Shown: piece by piece, positions 41,397 to 51,927 of the stretch
How positions within the stretch are numbered: position 1 is the first letter of the stretch
How the letters are laid out: every line of letters starts with the position of its first letter
From: a virus
Virus record (IMG/VR): IMGVR_UViG_3300034018_003010
Length of the DNA stretch: 64,000 bases
Direction: 5' to 3' (one strand)
Position numbers and translations under genes: made by a program
The notes under the pieces: model-generated
Seen by the model: only the letters and a program-made list of their open reading frames with translations
The model's database searches: none
What the model was told of the DNA's origin: nothing

Positions 41397-44126
41397 ATGA
41401 ACATACTGAAGCCTATAAGAATTATGTATCGCACATTAATAAGTGCAAAAAAATATATTTCACAAAATAGTTTGCTTTTTAGCTATGATCCATTAAGTAT
41501 AAAAGACAATTCAACATCTCTTATCAGTTTAGTAAATACTGGAAACAATGGAACTTTGCAAAGTTCTACTGTTGTTTCTGATTCCCCTCCTGTTTTTGAT
41601 CTTAATGGTTCAAGCAATTACATTTCCACAGCCACACAATATGTAAATCCACAAACCTACACAATAGCATTTTGGTTTAGAACAAATGTTGCTAGCGGAA
41701 ATAAAATAATTGGATTTGAAAACACACAAACTGGTACAGGCTCTACAAATTATGATAGACAACTTTATGTTGGTACTGATGGAAAATTATACTATGGTTT
41801 AGTAGATGCTGGAACTCCAAAATATATTACCACATCATTCAGAGTTACTGACAATAAATTCAGATATGTTGTATTAACAGCAACAAGCGGTTCACAAAGT
41901 TTATATATTGACGATGTGCTTATAGGAACTCAAACTGCAAGTGCGTCTGAAGTTTCTACAGGATATTGGAGAATAGGTTCTTATATTCTTACTGGTTGGA
42001 CAAATGGAGCAAATGGATATTTTGATGGTCAAATAGGAACTATTCAACTTTATAATAGAGTTTTATCAAGACCAGAAATAACTCAAAACTATCAGGCTGG
42101 CAAATCTACTTATGGAAACAATGTTTCTTTTAGTTATACAGGTTCTTTGCAAAGATGGGTAGTTCCAAATAATGTTTATTCAATTACAATAAATGCTATA
42201 GCTGCAAGAGGGGGTGACGGAGGAAGCAATGCAAATAGTGGCGGTTCTGGAAGCAATGCAATTTGTAATGCATCAGTTACGCCAGGTCAAACTTTGTTTA
42301 TAATTGTTGGAGGTTATCCCGGCACATCTGAAACTGCTCTATATGGTTTTGGTGGAAATGGTGGATTAAGTGGTGCCACAATAAGATATGGTGGGGCTGG
42401 AGGTGGTCTAAGCGGTGTTTTCACTGATGAAATATTAACTTCTAGCGACATTTTAATTGTTGCTGGTGGTGGCGGTGGCGGTGCTGGTTATAGTGGTAAC
42501 GATGGCGGAAACGGCGCACTTACTTCTACTGGGTCTGGTTCAGATGGAACTACACAAGTAGGATTTGGACATACTGGTGGATATGGTGGCACAACTTCAA
42601 ACAATGGGCTTAAAGGTGTTGCTTATGATACAAATAGCACCCAGCCTACAAATGGTTCAAATTATAACGGCGGGTTAGGTGGAACTGGCTCCAGAAGCAG
42701 CGATTACGGCGGGGGTGGAGGTGGTGCTGGTTATTTAGGTGGCGGAGGCGGTGCTGGTGGTGGTTCCGCAGCCGGTGGAGGAGGTGGCGGTTCTACATTT
42801 GCCCAATCATATACAATTTTTGGACAAGAAAACGATGTAGGACATGGCTCTGTTAACATATCTTATAATCAAACAAATGATGAATTTGATACGGGTCATC
42901 GATACTACAGATGGAGAATATCAGATACTAGAGATGCTGCTAATACAATAAGTTGTCAAGTATCCGAATTCGTATTCCAAAACCAATTTGGTAATGATCA
43001 AAGAATGTATGTTAAAAATATATCAAATCCAAACGGAGGCAGCAATCCAGGGGAAGATGTTTCGAAATTAATTGATGGAAATTTGTCAACTAAATGGCTT
43101 GACAATTCTTTTCAAAATAATAATGATCTCAGCATGATATTATTTGATTATGGAAGAGCGCAAAAGCGATATTTTAATGCATATAGATGGGCTACAGCAA
43201 ATGACGCTACGGGCAGAGACCCAAAATCATGGGTTATAGAAGCAAGTGATGATCAAGCATATTGGTGGATTACAGATTATGTTTACAACTACACAGCAAC
43301 AACTGAAAGACAGACATGGCAAACAGCTAGATCATTGATTAATTTAGGAGATCCAAGTCAATTAGTGAACTTTCTTTATACTGGTTCTGTATCCACATGG
43401 ACAGTTCCTGCCGGTGTATCTACTATTTATGTAAATTTAATTGGTGCCGAAGGTCAGGCTGGAAATGGCGGAATGGCAGGAGGTATGGGAGCCCAAATAT
43501 CAACAGATTTAACAGTCACTCCAAACAGTACATTATATATAGTAGTAGGTAGCACAGGAAGTGGTAAAACTGCAGCCTTTGGTTATGGAGGTGATGGTGG
43601 CGATAATACCGGAGCATCTGGACTAACAAGAGACGGAGGGTGCGGTGGCGGTTTAACTGGAATATTTACTGGCAACATACCATCAATAGCAAATGCCTTA
43701 GCTATTGCTGGCGGAGGCGGTGGTGGTGGCGGTGGTTCTGGCGTGAGTCAACCTTGCGACGGAGGTTCTGCTGGACTCAACAGAGATGGTTCTGGTCAAG
43801 ACGGCAACAGCAACACAAGTTACTTAGGTGTTAGAGGAAAAAAAGGTTTAAATAGTAATGCCGGTAATGCAGGCACTCCTTTTGATACAAACAGCGTTAA
43901 CCCTACTGCTGGTAACGGTTTGCAAGGAGGAAATGGCGGCTGGACAAGTAACTCTAGCTTCAACGGTGGCGGTGGTGGTGGCGGTGGTTATTATGCTGGT
44001 GGCGGCGGTGCCGCTGGTGGGAATGCCGTTGGTGGTGGCGGTAGTGGCGGAACATATAGTACCGGAAATATTATATGGAACTCTGGAAATAGCTCTGGGA
44101 ATGGTTGGATAACTATTTCTTACTAA
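41397..44126 (+). CDS. LamG, Gly-rich, carbohydrate-binding-like and second Gly-rich domain protein (putative receptor-binding)
   Basis: LamG end IQLYNRVLS..EI.QNY; two F.YTGS...W.VP..V...AGGGGG polyglycine domains; central YYRW...LIDGN..TKW...YRWATAND...DPKSW. Confidence 0.8.
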   Translation: MNILKPIRIMYRTLISAKKYISQNSLLFSYDPLSIKDNSTSLISLVNTGNNGTLQSSTVVSDSPPVFDLNGSSNYISTATQYVNPQTYTIAFWFRTNVASGNKIIGFENTQTGTGSTNYDRQLYVGTDGKLYYGLVDAGTPKYITTSFRVTDNKFRYVVLTATSGSQSLYIDDVLIGTQTASASEVSTGYWRIGSYILTGWTNGANGYFDGQIGTIQLYNRVLSRPEITQNYQAGKSTYGNNVSFSYTGSLQRWVVPNNVYSITINAIAARGGDGGSNANSGGSGSNAICNASVTPGQTLFIIVGGYPGTSETALYGFGGNGGLSGATIRYGGAGGGLSGVFTDEILTSSDILIVAGGGGGGAGYSGNDGGNGALTSTGSGSDGTTQVGFGHTGGYGGTTSNNGLKGVAYDTNSTQPTNGSNYNGGLGGTGSRSSDYGGGGGGAGYLGGGGGAGGGSAAGGGGGGSTFAQSYTIFGQENDVGHGSVNISYNQTNDEFDTGHRYYRWRISDTRDAANTISCQVSEFVFQNQFGNDQRMYVKNISNPNGGSNPGEDVSKLIDGNLSTKWLDNSFQNNNDLSMILFDYGRAQKRYFNAYRWATANDATGRDPKSWVIEASDDQAYWWITDYVYNYTATTERQTWQTARSLINLGDPSQLVNFLYTGSVSTWTVPAGVSTIYVNLIGAEGQAGNGGMAGGMGAQISTDLTVTPNSTLYIVVGSTGSGKTAAFGYGGDGGDNTGASGLTRDGGCGGGLTGIFTGNIPSIANALAIAGGGGGGGGGSGVSQPCDGGSAGLNRDGSGQDGNSNTSYLGVRGKKGLNSNAGNAGTPFDTNSVNPTAGNGLQGGNGGWTSNSSFNGGGGGGGGYYAGGGGAAGGNAVGGGGSGGTYSTGNIIWNSGNSSGNGWITISY

Positions 44127-44192
44127 TATTGGGAAAACTTTTGCACCAAATGTAAATACTTTAGTTAATTTTGCGTAATACAAGGAATCAAA

Positions 44193-47100
44193 ATGCCTCA
44201 GTACAATAATAAAGATTTTGTCATCAGAGATGACCTAAATGTTTTAAGTGGCAGTGTAATTTATGGATCAATGGCTTCGGGACAAATCCAATCTGGAATG
44301 ATTGGAGATAGCGCTGTTCTTAACAATAACATTGCATCTGGTTCTGTTGATGCATCAAAATTAGCATCTGGTCTTTCATTTAATTTAACATCTGGTCAAG
44401 TTGTAAGCGGTAATATAGGCAATAATGCAGTAAATTCTGGCAATATTAGTTCTGGAAGTATAGGGCAGTTTCACCTAGCTTCAGGTTTTTCTATAGGATT
44501 TTCAAGTGGACAAGTAACTAGCGGATATATTGGAGATAATGCTGTAAATAGTGGCAATATATCTTCTGGAAGCATCAGTTCCTTTCATTTAGCTTCTGGA
44601 CTTTCATTTAATTTAACATCAGGGCAAGTAGTAAGTGGCAATATTGGAGACAATGCTGTAAATAGTGGCAATATATCTTCTGGAAGCATAGGGACAAATC
44701 ATCTTTCAGCATATGCTGTAAACGGTGGTCAGATAAATTCAGGAGCAGTAAAATTTGGAACAATAGCTTCTGGAGCAATTGGAAGTGGGGCTTTATCCAA
44801 TGCTTCTGTTGTTAGTGGAACAATTGCATCTGGTGTAATTAGCAATGATGTCCTTGCTTCTGGTGCAGTATTTTCCGAGAGATATCTTGAGCAGTTAAAT
44901 ACTGGATTGCTTTATGGTGGCGTTATTTCAGTAAACTCTGGCAATACTACATTTAGTATTGCTTCAGGTACTGGTATGGTTGTTGTTCCAAGGGCTACAT
45001 CTTCTGGCGGTCCTCAACTCAATTATGTTCAATGGAATGCACTAACAAACAATACTCCATACTATAGTGGCGGAACAGTAACTTATGTTTCAATTAATTC
45101 TGGCGGATCTGTAGTTCTTCAAAATGATCCTTTTACATTAAATGAATTTTTACAAGAAATTGTTTTGGGATATGTTGTTCATACAAGTGGAAACATAATT
45201 AATCAAATACATCCTCATCCAAATGTTGGTTATGCTGGCATTTCTCAGACCGAAACTCTGATTAGAGTATTTGGTCAAATTAAAGTAGAAGGTCTTGATA
45301 TAGCAGCAAATGGAGCAAATCTAAATATTAATAGAGGTGCTGGATATGCTTTTGCTTTTGGTTCTAATTATACTGTAAACCCAAATAGCCCAAGTGTTAC
45401 AACAGAAAGTCCAAAGACAACTGCAAATATAATTTATGTTTACAGGTCTGCTACAGCAGGTAAATTTACATTTGTTCCAGCGACAACAACATTTAATCCA
45501 GCTAGTTATGATAATGGCACTGGTACATTAGCCACAGTAACATCCAACCAATGGACAATACAAAGAGTATTTTATGTTCCCGGTGATACCAATAATGTTT
45601 ACATTTATTATGGCAGAACAACCTATGGAACATCCAATCTTGCTTCTCAAAACATATTCCTAGAAGCGTTTAATGAAGACGGGTTCACACAAAATGCTGC
45701 TATTTCTCTTGGTTATATTATTTCAAGAGGTGGCGCTTCTGCTCTAAATGATGTAAATGATGGAATATTTATTCAAGGTGGTCAGTTTAGGAATACAGCC
45801 GGTGGTGGTGGTGGTGTAACAGGTCAAACCCTTAATGACTTAACTGATGTTTCAGTAAGTGCTGCAACAAATAATGAATTTTTAATGTATAACGGTGGAA
45901 CATGGCTAAGCAGTCTTGTTTTATCTCCAAGCATTGCATCTGGTGCGGTTCTTTCTGGAGCGATTGCTTCAGGACAAATTGGAACAAATCATATTGCTCA
46001 AGGGGCTATAACAAATGGAGCTATTGCATCTGGTGCAGTAGTTTCTGGCAAAATTGGAAATGCAGCAGTAGTTTCTGGAAGTATTGCTAGTGGTGCTGTT
46101 AGCCAATTTTCAATTGCTTCGGGAAGTATTACAGCAGAGCATATTGCTTCTGGTGCTGTAATCAATGCAGATGTTGCAGACAATGCAATTACATCTGGCA
46201 AAGTAGCTTCTGGAACTATCGGAAGCCTACACATTTCAACTGCTGGTGTTGATGGTGTTAATTTGGCAAGCAGTTCAGTAACAAGTGGAAAGATTGCTTC
46301 TGGTGCAATTGGATTCGTTCATCTTGCATCTGGAACAATTAGCACAGCAACACTTGGTTCAGGACAAGTAATTAGTGGAAACATTGCATCTGGTCAAATT
46401 GGAACATTCCATATTGCATCGGGTGTCTTGGCTGCTGCTCCAGCACCGGGTTTAAACAATCAATTAGTAGTAAATAGAAGCGGCTCTAATTCAACATATT
46501 CTGGATTAGCTGTAGTACAAGACTATCTTAACAGACCAGAATTGCAAGCTTTAACTTTCTACTCATGGCAAAGTGACGCTTTTGACGGCGGTGAATTAAG
46601 ATTAAACAAATCAAACGCTAGTGGAACAATAAATCTTGGTGCAACTTTTGATGTTTACAGAGATCAGATAAGAATATTTGAAACCGGCGGTGGTAGCAGA
46701 GGTCTTTATTTCGATGTAAATACTGGTTTATCTGGAACCATGTTTTCATTAGTTGGTAGCGGTAGTGTAAGAAGTGGGGAGCTTTCTCCAAATACAGTTT
46801 GGTCTGGGAATATACAACAAGGTCAAGTTGGAGATATTCATCTTGCAATTGCAAGCGTTGTTTCTGGTAAAATCGCAAGTGGAAGTATTGGAAAGAATGA
46901 ACTTTCCTCTGGTGTAATTTCTAGTGGATACTTAGCAGACAATTCAGTTTCAACAAACGCAATTGCTTCTGGTTCTGTTACTAATGCAAAAATTGCAAAT
47001 CCAACAGTAACAATTGCTGGAAGCAGTACTGCTTTAGGCGGTTCTTGGGCTGCAGCAGCTTTAACAACATCTTCTGGTTTATTAGCTGGAACATTCTATG

Positions 47101-50100
47101 TTAGCGGCGCATTAACTATTGGAATAGCATCTGGCGGATTAACTGCACAAATGCATGCTTCTGGTTCGGTATTAAGTGGCAGCATTGCTTCTGGTCAGAT
47201 TGGCGTTAATCATCTTGCGTCTGGAACTATTACTACTCTAACATTAGGCTCTGGTCAAGTAACATCTGGCAATATTGCTAGTGGCCAAATTGGTCATGCT
47301 CACTTATCATCTGGTTTGATTAATAGTGGCAAAATAGCCGACAATGCTGTTGTATCTGGCAGTATTGCTTCTGGTCAAATAGGAAATTTCCATATTTCAA
47401 ATGCAGGTGTATTGAGCGGAAATATTGGCTCAGGACAAATTAGCATGAGCCATTTAGCATCTGGAACTATTACTGGTCTTTCTCTAGGCTCTGGTCAGGT
47501 TACATCCGGCATAATATCTTCTGGACAAGTTGGGCAATTCCATTTATCATCTGGCGCAGTTTTAAGCGGAAGAATAGGAAATGCTGCTGTTGTATCAGGT
47601 AGTGTTGCTTCTGGTCAAATAGGATTTGTTCATTTAGCATCTGGTACAATTAGTACTGCCATTTTGGGTTCTGGGCAAGTTACTTCTGGTAATATTTCTT
47701 CTGGCAGTGTTGGTTCATTCCATCTTGCTGATGGAGCAGTACAAAGTGGCGATATCGCTTCTGGTACAGTGGGTATATTCCATGCTGCTTCCGGCACTCT
47801 ATTCTATGTCCAAAATGGAATTACAAATGGAATTCTGACCAGTGCTGCTTCTGGACAACCTTATGCTACAGCAAATTCTAATTTAACTTATGATGGTACA
47901 ACTTTAGAAATTACTTCAGCGGCAAGTGGCAGCACAGCCTTTATGATTGTAAACGGAGTTGAAACTATATTCGAAGTAATTGATTCTCAATTTAACAATA
48001 TTCTTGATGTTGGCGATATTTCTGGCTCGGCTATATTCTCTGTATATGCTAGTGGATTAATCACTTTAGCACCAACTATTGGTGAAGTACAAACCAATGT
48101 GTTGCATGTAAAGCCAACAGTTAGTGGGACGGTAACAATCCAGACATGGAAAAATGCTTCTGGAACTACTGTTGCAACTATGGATTCTGCTGGTGTATTT
48201 ACCGCAACATTAGCATCTGGAATTGTTGTTTCTGGAAGTATTGCTTCTGGGCAAATTGGACATGCCCACTTGTCTTCCGGGTTAATTAATAGTGGTAAAA
48301 TAGCCGACAATGCTGTTGTATCTGGAAGTATAGCTTCGGGACAGGTTGGTCAATTCCATATTTCATCTGGTTCAATTACTGCCAATCACATAGCATCTGG
48401 TGCAGTTATTACTGCTGACATTGCAGATAACGCAGTTGTAAGCGGAAAAGTGGCTTCTGGAGCTTTAGCATGGTTTAATTTAAGTAGCGGAACAGTAAAT
48501 TCAGGAAATGTGGCAAACAACGCCATAACATCTGGAAATATTGCATCTGGTCAGATTGGTGCATTGCATATTGCATCTGGTGTTTTAAGCACCTCTACTC
48601 TGGGTTCTGGACAAGTAACATCTGGAAATATTGCTTCTGGTTCTATTGGTCAATTTCATCATGCATCTGGAAGTGTTACATCAGGACACATAGGAAATAA
48701 TTCAGTAGTTAGTGGAAATATTGCTAGTGGCCAAATTGGTCATGCTCACTTATCATCTGGTTTAATTAATAGTGGCAAAATAGGAGATAATGCAGTAGTT
48801 AGCGGCAACATTGCTAGTGGACAAGTTGGTAACTTCCATATTGCTTCAGGAGCAATAACAAGTGGAGATATTGGCAACTTTGCAGTAGTAAACACAAGTA
48901 TTTCAAGTGGAACAATTGCAAATGATAAGCTTGCAAACAACACTATAACAATCGCAGGAAGCAGTACTGCTCTAGGTGGTTCTTGGTCACCGCAAGCTTT
49001 GACAACAGGAAGTGGACTGCTAGCTGGAACATTCTACCCAAGTGGTGCATTAACCATAGGAATTGCTTCTGGTGGAATTAGCCACCAGATGATTGCTGAT
49101 GGAGCAATTAATTCAGGAGAAATCGCTTCAGGTCAAATTGGTCAATTTCATCATGCATCTGGAAGTGTTACATCAGGACACATAGGAAACAATGCAGTAG
49201 TTAGCGGAAGCATTGCTAGCGGACAAATTGGTCATGCTCACCTGTCATCTGGCTTGATTAATAGTGGTAAAATAGGAGATAATGCAGTAGTTAGCGGCAA
49301 CATTGCTAGCGGACAAGTTGGAAATTTCCACATCGCTTCTGGAGCAATTACAAGCGGAGACATTGGTAATTTTGCAGTAGTAAACACAAGTATTTCAAGT
49401 GGAACAATTGCAAATGATAAGCTTGCAAACAACACTATAACAATCGCAGGAAGCAGTACTGCTCTAGGTGGTTCTTGGTCACCGCAAGCTTTGACAACAG
49501 GAAGTGGACTGTTAGCTGGAACATTCTACCCAAGCGGTGCTTTAACTATAGGTATTGCTTCTGGCGGAATCAGCCATCAGATGATTGCTGATGGAGCAAT
49601 TAATTCAGGAGAAATTGCTTCTGGTCAGGTCGGCATTAATCATTTAGCATCTGGTGTGCTAGCAAATGCTATTCCAGCAGGTTCTTCTGGTCAGATTCAA
49701 TTCAATAATGGAACAACATTAGGAGCTTCTTCAAGCTTAACATGGGATGGAACTAATTTATCTGCTCCGTATTTAAAAATTACAAACGCTTCTGGAGACG
49801 AAGGTGGTGAATTACTACTTGCTAAAGCCCTAACAAACACAACTTTGTCTGGAACAGGTGTTACAATTGATGTTTGGCAAAATAGGCTAAGATTCTTTGA
49901 ACAAGGTGGTCTTGCAAGAGGTTTTTACTTAGATATATCAACTGGAGCAAATAGTGTTGGCACAAATATTGGTGCGCTTTCGCTTTCTAGCGGAAGCGTT
50001 GTTAGCGGCAATATTGGAGTTGCTGTTGTTTCCAATATCAACATTATTAGTGGAACAGTTGCAAATGACAAACTTACGAACAGCACAGTAACAATTGCAG

Positions 50101-51887
50101 GAAGTTCAACTGCTCTTGGTGGAAGCTGGGCTGCTGCTGCTTTAACAACAGCATCTGGTTTATTAGCTGGAACATTTTATCCAAGTGGTGCATTAACCAT
50201 AGGTATTGCTTCTGGTGGAATCGTCGCTCAAATGATTGCTGACGGAACAATTACTAGTGGTAAAATTGCTTCTGGCGTATTAAGTGTTGCCGTTCTTACA
50301 TCTGGTCAAGTTGTTAGTGGAAACATCGCTTCAGGACAAGTTGGCACATTCCATCACGCTGCAGCAAGCATTCTTTCCGGTCAAATTGGTGCCAATGTTA
50401 TTGGAAGCCCTCACATTCTTTCTGGAAGTGTTGTAAATGCAAGCCTTGCAAACCCAACAGTAACAATTGCAGGAAGCAGTACTGCTCTTGGTGGAAGCTG
50501 GGCTGCTGCTGCATTAACAACAGCATCTGGCTTGTTAGCTGGAACATTCTACCCAAGTGGCGCATTAACTATCGGAATCGCTTCTGGCGGAATAGCATCC
50601 CAAATGGTTGCAGATAATGCAATTATTAGCGGTAAAATTGCATCTGGCAGCTTAACAACAAACGCATTTGCAAGCGGAACAACATTTGGAACAAGCATAA
50701 CTTCTGGATATATTACCAGTGGATATTTAGGCAATAATTCCGTTGTAAGTGGATCTGTTGCATCTGGGCAAATCGGCATAATCCATCTTGCTTCTGGAGT
50801 TTTAGCAAGCCCAGTGATTCTTTCTGGAAAAATAGTTTCTGGCAGTATTGGCAACAATGCAGTAAACAGCGGAAATATTGCCAGTGGACAAATTGGTCAT
50901 GCTCATCTTTCATCTGGATTAATCAATAGCGGAAAGATTGGGGATAATGCAGTAGTTAGTGGCAATATTGCTAGTGGCCAAATTGGAAATTTCCATATTG
51001 CTTCTGGAGCTATTACAAGTGGAGATATTGGTAACTTTGCAGTTGTAAACACAAACATTTCCAGTGGCACAGTTGCTAATGATAAGCTTGCCAATTCAAC
51101 AGTAACAATCGCTGGAAGCAGTACTGCTCTAGGCGGCTCTTGGGCTGCTCAGGCTTTGACAACAGCAAGTGGTTTGTTAGCTGGAACATTTTACCCAAGT
51201 GGTGCATTAACAATAGGAATTGCATCTGGTGGCTTAACTGCACAAATGCATGCTTCTGGTTCGGTATTGAGTGGAAGCATCGCATCTGGACAAATTGGTT
51301 TAAACCATCTTTCAAGTGGAGTTTTGGGTATAGCTGGAACTTCTGGCATGTTGCAATTCAACAACGGTGGAGCATTAGGTGCAACATCTGGCTTAATTTA
51401 CTCAATGACAAGCGGAAACAGTTTGGTACACATGCAATCGCAGACTGCATTTACAACAACACTATCCGTAAAAGCTTCTTCTGGTCAGGTTACAAATCTT
51501 CAAGCATGGACAAATACAAGTGGAAGCGCTTTAGCTTATATGGATACATCTGGTAATTTCTATGCTGTAAGCAAGAGCTTCTTGATCGATCATCCAAGTA
51601 AGCCCGGCAAAAAATTACGCCATGTTTCTTTGGAAGGTCCGTCTGCTGATGTTTATTACAGAGGAACTACTAAGGAATCACAATTTGAGTTACCATATTA
51701 TTGGAAAGATTTAGTTGATGAAAATTCTATAAACATTACATTGACACCAATAGGTTCACAGCAATTATTGTTTATTAAAAAAATAGAAAATTATATTGTA
51801 CATGTCGGGGGAACGGGATCTTTTAATTATAATTATTTTGTCATAGGAGAAAGAAAAGACATACCAAAAATTATAACAGAAGAATAA
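44193..51887 (+). CDS. 2564-aa giant Ser-Gly repeat fibre-like protein
   Basis: Dozens of (V/I)xSGxIASG units; six TIAGSSTALGGSW modules; C-terminal KSFLIDHP...LRHVSLEGP domain; SD aagga. Confidence 0.88.
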   Translation: MPQYNNKDFVIRDDLNVLSGSVIYGSMASGQIQSGMIGDSAVLNNNIASGSVDASKLASGLSFNLTSGQVVSGNIGNNAVNSGNISSGSIGQFHLASGFSIGFSSGQVTSGYIGDNAVNSGNISSGSISSFHLASGLSFNLTSGQVVSGNIGDNAVNSGNISSGSIGTNHLSAYAVNGGQINSGAVKFGTIASGAIGSGALSNASVVSGTIASGVISNDVLASGAVFSERYLEQLNTGLLYGGVISVNSGNTTFSIASGTGMVVVPRATSSGGPQLNYVQWNALTNNTPYYSGGTVTYVSINSGGSVVLQNDPFTLNEFLQEIVLGYVVHTSGNIINQIHPHPNVGYAGISQTETLIRVFGQIKVEGLDIAANGANLNINRGAGYAFAFGSNYTVNPNSPSVTTESPKTTANIIYVYRSATAGKFTFVPATTTFNPASYDNGTGTLATVTSNQWTIQRVFYVPGDTNNVYIYYGRTTYGTSNLASQNIFLEAFNEDGFTQNAAISLGYIISRGGASALNDVNDGIFIQGGQFRNTAGGGGGVTGQTLNDLTDVSVSAATNNEFLMYNGGTWLSSLVLSPSIASGAVLSGAIASGQIGTNHIAQGAITNGAIASGAVVSGKIGNAAVVSGSIASGAVSQFSIASGSITAEHIASGAVINADVADNAITSGKVASGTIGSLHISTAGVDGVNLASSSVTSGKIASGAIGFVHLASGTISTATLGSGQVISGNIASGQIGTFHIASGVLAAAPAPGLNNQLVVNRSGSNSTYSGLAVVQDYLNRPELQALTFYSWQSDAFDGGELRLNKSNASGTINLGATFDVYRDQIRIFETGGGSRGLYFDVNTGLSGTMFSLVGSGSVRSGELSPNTVWSGNIQQGQVGDIHLAIASVVSGKIASGSIGKNELSSGVISSGYLADNSVSTNAIASGSVTNAKIANPTVTIAGSSTALGGSWAAAALTTSSGLLAGTFYVSGALTIGIASGGLTAQMHASGSVLSGSIASGQIGVNHLASGTITTLTLGSGQVTSGNIASGQIGHAHLSSGLINSGKIADNAVVSGSIASGQIGNFHISNAGVLSGNIGSGQISMSHLASGTITGLSLGSGQVTSGIISSGQVGQFHLSSGAVLSGRIGNAAVVSGSVASGQIGFVHLASGTISTAILGSGQVTSGNISSGSVGSFHLADGAVQSGDIASGTVGIFHAASGTLFYVQNGITNGILTSAASGQPYATANSNLTYDGTTLEITSAASGSTAFMIVNGVETIFEVIDSQFNNILDVGDISGSAIFSVYASGLITLAPTIGEVQTNVLHVKPTVSGTVTIQTWKNASGTTVATMDSAGVFTATLASGIVVSGSIASGQIGHAHLSSGLINSGKIADNAVVSGSIASGQVGQFHISSGSITANHIASGAVITADIADNAVVSGKVASGALAWFNLSSGTVNSGNVANNAITSGNIASGQIGALHIASGVLSTSTLGSGQVTSGNIASGSIGQFHHASGSVTSGHIGNNSVVSGNIASGQIGHAHLSSGLINSGKIGDNAVVSGNIASGQVGNFHIASGAITSGDIGNFAVVNTSISSGTIANDKLANNTITIAGSSTALGGSWSPQALTTGSGLLAGTFYPSGALTIGIASGGISHQMIADGAINSGEIASGQIGQFHHASGSVTSGHIGNNAVVSGSIASGQIGHAHLSSGLINSGKIGDNAVVSGNIASGQVGNFHIASGAITSGDIGNFAVVNTSISSGTIANDKLANNTITIAGSSTALGGSWSPQALTTGSGLLAGTFYPSGALTIGIASGGISHQMIADGAINSGEIASGQVGINHLASGVLANAIPAGSSGQIQFNNGTTLGASSSLTWDGTNLSAPYLKITNASGDEGGELLLAKALTNTTLSGTGVTIDVWQNRLRFFEQGGLARGFYLDISTGANSVGTNIGALSLSSGSVVSGNIGVAVVSNINIISGTVANDKLTNSTVTIAGSSTALGGSWAAAALTTASGLLAGTFYPSGALTIGIASGGIVAQMIADGTITSGKIASGVLSVAVLTSGQVVSGNIASGQVGTFHHAAASILSGQIGANVIGSPHILSGSVVNASLANPTVTIAGSSTALGGSWAAAALTTASGLLAGTFYPSGALTIGIASGGIASQMVADNAIISGKIASGSLTTNAFASGTTFGTSITSGYITSGYLGNNSVVSGSVASGQIGIIHLASGVLASPVILSGKIVSGSIGNNAVNSGNIASGQIGHAHLSSGLINSGKIGDNAVVSGNIASGQIGNFHIASGAITSGDIGNFAVVNTNISSGTVANDKLANSTVTIAGSSTALGGSWAAQALTTASGLLAGTFYPSGALTIGIASGGLTAQMHASGSVLSGSIASGQIGLNHLSSGVLGIAGTSGMLQFNNGGALGATSGLIYSMTSGNSLVHMQSQTAFTTTLSVKASSGQVTNLQAWTNTSGSALAYMDTSGNFYAVSKSFLIDHPSKPGKKLRHVSLEGPSADVYYRGTTKESQFELPYYWKDLVDENSINITLTPIGSQQLLFIKKIENYIVHVGGTGSFNYNYFVIGERKDIPKIITEE
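48645..49628. repeat. 492-bp (164-aa) tandem duplication inside the giant fibre gene
   Basis: attggtcaatttcatcatgcatctggaagtgttacatcaggacac starts at 48645 and 49137. Confidence 0.9.
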
Positions 51888-51927
51888 TCTTTACTAAGAC
51901 TTTATAAATAAGGCATAGGAAATTAAA